From NCBI GenBank assembly GCA_000002445.1, contig CM000208.1, positions 1 through 64,000 on the forward strand: a stretch of 64,000 nt of DNA. The letters run 5' to 3'. The position numbers were made by a program, and so were the translations under genes. The DNA comes from Trypanosoma brucei. Its lineage: Eukaryota. Below, in pieces: positions 58,301-64,000 of the stretch; within the stretch, counting starts at the first letter, position 1; the number at the start of each line of letters is the position of its first letter. A model generated the notes under the pieces. That model was not told the origin of the DNA. It did not search any database and saw only the letters and a program-made list of their open reading frames with translations.

Positions 58301-60644
58301 AGTCACGTCACCAGAAAAAGAAATCTTTAGTTTTATTTCCAAGTCCCGCTATGACGTTTTCAGCTTAGGAAGGCGACTACCTCTTCTCCATCTGAATTCG
58401 CGTATTCTGTGCGGTAAGAATCTTGCACTTTGGCACCTAGTTATAAAAAAAAATCCATTTTTTAATCGGATGCTCGGTCAGTACATTCGGTTTCTAACAT
58501 AACAGATCCACTGCCACAGCCCCATGTATCTCTCACTCCACACTTTGGACCCTCGACGTTATGCAGCGCCGAAAGCGCTCGGGTCACTCCATCATCACAC
58601 AATCCCCCTGAAGAAGAGGACATCACAGGCGTTTCGTTTCCTCATTGACGGCATGACGGGTCTCGAGACCACATCGACGTGACCTGTGGAGTCAGAACTC
58701 AAAGAGGGTACGTTGAACTAATTCACCTTTTTTTTTTCTGTTATGGGCGGCTGTCTTTACAGAACTCTTATCGATCGACTTTACAATGCACTAGAAGAGA
58801 AAGTGTGTGCGGAATCACGTGTTTTGCTACTATGACGGTGGGTCAACCCTCAACAACAAATGCTTTTCGGGCCATGAAGTTCCATTGGCATGCAAATGCC
58901 TGCAGAGGTCTTGTTTGCCCTGTGGAAGCTTCGTGACCAAATAAATGTCACAGACTCCAGAGCCCACAAATGCGCACGTATTGCACCTGCTTATGCTACA
59001 CCACTTTTTCCATTTGACCCCATTACGAACTTCTTTCGTCCGCAAGCAAAAGTCTCATCCGTAAATGAAACCAAGCAACCGACGTAGCTACGCACCACAT
59101 CGTGGTGTGGTGTTGTCCTTTAACGCCTCCAGGAGCGGAAAGATGCCCCACCGCAGTTTTGCTCATGCACAAATACCCTTAGGCGACGATGCGGAGGGGA
59201 TCCCGGTTCTATTTCCACCATGAACTCGCACGGGACAGGTTGGTACTCCTGCATCTGTTGTTGTTAGCAGAGAGGATAACCTCCAGTCCGTTATGCCGGA
59301 CAAAGTTCGTCACCACTCTCCAGCCAAACGGTCCCCGCTCCGGCTTACTCAAAGATGACGATACAATGAGGAAAACCAACGGTGGTGGCGTGCCAGACTC
59401 TGGTGCGTGTCAACCTCCCGGTAGAAACCGGAGAAGAAGAGGGAGGAGAAGTGGCGGCGTGAAAGCCTCACTGCCAATACGTCAGAGGAAGCTAAACCGA
59501 CATTAGCGATGGTGTATTTTTCTAGAAGGGCGAAACCACTCTAAAGTGCGGGTTGCCTGCCATTGGTGTTGGAGCATCAAAACCGTTCTTCCTCTCACAT
59601 GGATCCTTTCTTGAGCATGGCAAGCCGAAGTCGTCGAGTGACCGCCTATGCGGCATCCGTCAACGACGCGCACATATATTTCGGCGAATCTCCCACATCC
59701 CTGTAATGGGACAGTTCGCACATATTTCTGCCTATTCCGCAGCAAATCCATGACCGAAGAAAGCATGATGGCTTTGATTGCGGCGAAACGTGTGGCTACG
59801 GTTGCGCGGTTGTAGTACACCAGCATGTTTACGGCAATGATGAAGTTGGATCAACGACTGTTGGACGTGATGATCTTGTGCCTACAGAAGATTGTGGCGA
59901 TAAGCGAGATCAAACACGCAAGTCCCTTGACAAAAGGTCGGAATGGCTCAGATTATTACTTTTCGTCCGGATTGGAAGGAGTGTGTGGTTTTTGCGTTTG
60001 GTGTGGATTACGACAAGTCGTCGGGTGGAGATCCCGGCACCGATACGGAAGCATTTCCAATGGAACAGGGACAGTGTAGCGCTCCTCGATTGGTTGGTGA
60101 CACCCAAGACAGCCAAGTCCAATTCACACCGAGCAGGTCGTTAAGTTCGCATTCGGGGATTAGGACGCTCTCGATATTACGCGACTACTCTCCACTATGA
60201 AGCTCAAGGAACGTATAACAACGCTCACAACAACCAAAGTCGAACGTATTCGGGCTTCATGGGAGATGATGACGCACCCCGTTAGAAGAAGGAGTTTTAC
60301 AGCATGCTACAGCCACAATTTGTGGAAGAGCACAGCATGGATCCTCACATTATTCCCCAACCGATTGAGCACATTTATCTGTTCCACTTGCCGAGGAACA
60401 CTGTCAGCCGCTTGGACAAATACACCGCCATGTTGACTAATATGTAGAATATCGTCTCTATGATGTAACCCATGTCTTAGATGAAGGATAAGAGCCATGG
60501 GAGCCGCCAGGGCGGTGTCCCTTCAAGACGCACGGTTACACGATAACAAGGAGGGCGCACGCCACACGCCTGTTGAATACTCAGGACAAGGCTTCCATTC
60601 CTTTACAGCAAGTGCACGTCCCACTGCTGGAGATATATTGAATC

Positions 60645-61142
60645 CCTGGCGATGCCGGCCACCTCAACGTGGTGCCAGGGTCCAGTGCCCCGTATCATCG
60701 GGGAAAGCAAGAGCCAGCAGCATTCCTTTCATGGGGAACACTGCTGTGCTCCGGCTACGGCATCATACAGCAGAGGGATCAGCAGCGTCTTGCTGGGACA
60801 CCGTCTTTCATTTGTCGGTCCCTGGGCACGTGCCAGCGTGCCATCAGCAGTATCATCCGCACTAAGATGCTGCTGTCCGGTGATGTGGAACTCCAAAAAA
60901 GGATTGCCAATTGACATTTTTGGGAGAGTCCGGGGTGGGGGGCTTCTTGCCCCATCTGCTGTATTCCGTTCAACTGCGGAGCTACAACAAAAATTATAGA
61001 GAGTGTGTTAGGTTTAATAAAAAAGGGAGACTCTGCCACAGTCGCCAGACCGATAGCATCTCAGGGCTCTACGGTGATGGCTGATGGCCGCGGCAGTTGG
61101 GGGAAACTCCCACGAAGGCACGAAGAAAATTCCAAAAAAAAA
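60645..61142 (+). mobile_element. Solo RIME on the plus strand, ~0.5 kb, poly(A) at 61134-61143, 12-bp target-site duplication atatattgaatc (60633-60644 and 61143-61154)
   Basis: - Starts ccctggcgatgccggccacctcaacgtgg.
- Ends …ggctgatggccgcggcagttgggggaaactcccacgaaggcacgaagaaaattcc-A10.
- Identical flanking 12-mers. Confidence 0.92.
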
Positions 61143-62363
61143 ATATATTGAATCATTTCTCGCTTAAATTCGAGTGTGGAATGTAGATTTCAGCATCTCT
61201 GGGGACTGATCGGACTGAGACCAAAAGGGACCAGTGAAAGGAGCCCTCAGGTTATTTCCATCGGCGATGATCGTCTACTTTGGAAGGTCGGTATCGTAAA
61301 GGATGCCTCCTCCGTACCAACAGGAGCTCGGGTCATCCCTCTTCTCAATTGCAGAGGATAAACTCTCCAACGAGCGTCGCTGGTGAATTGCGGGGCCTCA
61401 AGAGAAATAACAAAAGCGGATAAGCCTTACGAGGCAATTGTTCCTTTTGGAACACATTTCAAAATACCTTCATGCGGTTACTATCCTGAGTTGTCGACTT
61501 TTTCTGTCTGTTTTTTTTTGTTTTTTCTTAGAGGCGTTACGTCGTCGTCTTTTGCCTCGTACAGAGAACTTGTCCCCGCCACAGAGGCCGCTTTGTTACC
61601 ACTGTCCGCACTTGGTTTAGTAAGTGGGTATTGCTTTTTTGCCTGTTTAAAAATAAGAAACGCACGGTTACATCCGATTGGGAACCCGCAGTTGATTTGG
61701 TCACAGATGGCTCTTTGAGGGGTTGTGGGTCTGGGGCATGTCCTCTTATTGGATTCCGGTGAGGTGAAAGTAATGTTATGTGCTCTCGTTGGTTTAACTT
61801 CCCTTTTCTTATCATGCAGGCTCAGGCCCGTGTCCTCCGACTCTTCTCAGTAGCATTCGTGGAATCCTTTCCCCCTGAGTATTGACATTTGGGTTGATAA
61901 TACATTCCTGTAAGGCGCGGAAACAAAAGGAAACACAAAAGCCTACGGTCTTTCCGTGGCCATGGATGAGATGTTTATGATATTTGATTCCCACAACATT
62001 AGCACAAATTACTCGTTTAACCGCTCCGTCACCAAACCGGCGGTCGGCTCCCGCGGAGGCACACGGTTTAACTGTGCAAAGTTGGTGAAAGAGTTTAACT
62101 TACAAAAGGAAGTGGCGGTGTCCCGAGGCTTTTGGGGACCACATGAACTGCCCTTTCACAAGTCTACAGTGAAATAAATATTCCGCTGCTGCTTCTCACC
62201 CAAGTATTCTCTAAGTGTGCATGGATGGTTATAGATTTTGTTTATAATTCCTTGACTCTCTCTCTCTCTCTTTAATCTTCTTCCATAGATTAAGGAATTG
62301 GACCGTCCCTAAGTTTATATTCTACTTTGTGTAGCCTGCCCTTGACTTCCTTTCCGTCTCTTG

Positions 62364-62390
62364 GGGGGGGGGGGGGGGGGAAGTTTATAT
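62364..62390. repeat. G21 homopolymer tract (…cttggggggggggggggggggggaagtt…) preceded by a (CT)9 microsatellite at 62255-62272
   Basis: Read directly. Confidence 0.9.
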
Positions 62391-64000
62391 TGTGTGTGGC
62401 TCCAACGTGTAAAAGTAAAAGTCAGATACCCTGAAAATATTTCTCCTCGGCCCCCCCAGCAGCAAACAGACATCTCCGAGCTGCAGGGGTCTGACGTTAG
62501 CGGTGTTCTTACTTTTTGTTACGTGTCTCGAAAGCTCTTTGTGCGGATGCACAGTTGCCTCCAACGCTTTTCCGTTCCCATCCCCTAATAAGCGTTTGCT
62601 ACCCGCCTTAGGGGTTAGAGGTTCCTTAAGCAGGAGCCCTCCAAACAAAAAATATATTTAGTTTTCTTCGCGTCCAGTTGCATAAAGTTTTTTCGGCCTT
62701 ACGCTGCTATAGTACCTAGTTCTCTGTGCAAAATTTTTTCGAGTTGCAGTCTTTGCGTGCCTGTGCACGTCATCGTTCCGTAATCTGTGAGGCCACAGGG
62801 TTGGGGGCTGGGGTTTGTGTCGTACTGACTGCTAAGAAGGGGTTTCACGACAGTTGTAAATAAAAAGGATCCGACTACTTTGCCTCGTGTCGCTTTGCTT
62901 GGTAAGGGTTCCGGCTTCAATAACGCTTTCTTTAGTCGAAATGTTTACAGCATCCAGTGAGGAAGGGAAACTCTCCGGCGTCTGAGTTATATTTATCTAC
63001 TAAACTTCCACACTTCACTCACATTCCTCTCATGACCCACACTTTCAAGTTTTTTTTTTGGTGTAAAAGGCAAATGAAGAAACGGTTCGAGCAACATTAC
63101 CACCGCGGGGCAGTGCTGTGCGGATATGCTGCAACTCATAGGGCGCCAAAGCGCTCGGGCGAAGCGACATTGACCGCTCATTGGCCGGCGCTTTTCTGTG
63201 TTTGTGACTTTTGTTCCCTCGATCCGTTGCTTTGTCATCGATATTGTGCCAGTAAACTCTAGTGAGTGAAGCGAGACGATGTCGGTGGTACGTCCACTAA
63301 CTTTTAGAAATGTTGCAATGGTTATCCGACTTTTTCACCTAACTACTGCTGTTGTGTGTCGTGGACTTTGGTTCAAATTTCAGCGTGCCCTTTAGCCAAC
63401 ATATCGATGATTTAGTTCTCAGAAGTAAGCATCACTCTCCCGCCACCGTTTCGCGTGATGATTCTCCTATCAACTTTTGTCATTTCAGTGTTTGTATATC
63501 GTTTGAGAGAGTGTGTGGGGTTTGTGATGCTGTGAATGTTCATCCTTGCGGCTGTCATAGTATTCATGGAACAATTCACATACATATCCTCAGAATTCCA
63601 CGGCCTCTGTTTCCTTTTCTTGTGGCGGGTTCCTCTTCCGTTATTAGGGAAGGAATCTATAATAATGGTGCTGTGAATAATTCTTTCAATAAGGTACGAA
63701 GTTTTTCTTTGTCTCATCTATTAGCAGTTTTGAGGTGTATCTTCCAGCATGTCCTCACAGCTGTTATATTCAGCACCCTCCTTTATGTGATGAATGAGGA
63801 ACAACATTTTCTTCCTATGAATTGTTTTTTGGTACTGTCTAATCCACTACAGATGCAATGGCGTCATTGGTGTTTTCAACTGCCATCAACACGTGTTTTT
63901 ACCTATTTGCCGAGTTCGGGCACACAATGTTTTGGTAAATTTGGACAATCCACAATTTTGTTCGTGTCCCTTGATACTGCTACATTGAGTAATATCCAAC

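Overview
This window reads as a chromosome-end (subtelomeric) region of an African trypanosome, most likely the Trypanosoma brucei group. All identifications rest on motifs and family memory read by eye; no database search was possible.

Layout from the left end:
- ~620 bp of CCCTAA/TTAGGG telomere repeat.
- An A-rich spacer, then a complete VSG gene on the minus strand, transcribed toward the telomere. Its 3'UTR carries the canonical 16-mer TGATATATTTTAACAC and its C-terminus has a GPI signal.
- A short (~0.8 kb) array of 70-bp repeats upstream of the VSG.
- An intact ESAG1-like glycoprotein ORF.
- A full-length ingi non-LTR retrotransposon with an uninterrupted 1570-aa ORF and an 11-bp target-site duplication.
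- About 20 kb of decayed, ORF-poor sequence containing at least one frameshifted pseudogene and a G/S/T/E-rich low-complexity ORF.
- An RHS (retrotransposon hot spot) pseudogene fused to a second, frameshifted ingi that has no target-site duplication.
- A composite degenerate ingi-related element (DIRE-like) on the plus strand.
- A frameshifted gene for a surface-type protein (signal peptide plus GPI-like tail).
- A truncated paralog of the ESAG1-like gene.
- A second RHS pseudogene split by a RIME at the same hot spot, with a perfect 12-bp duplication.
- A solo RIME on the plus strand with a 12-bp duplication.

Nearly every gene-like feature lies on the minus strand, pointing at the telomere. 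The canonical ESAG set of a bloodstream expression site (ESAG6/7, ESAG4, ESAG8 and so on) is not recognisable. The locus therefore looks more like a metacyclic-type or otherwise non-canonical telomeric VSG site embedded in an ingi/RIME/RHS-rich subtelomere.
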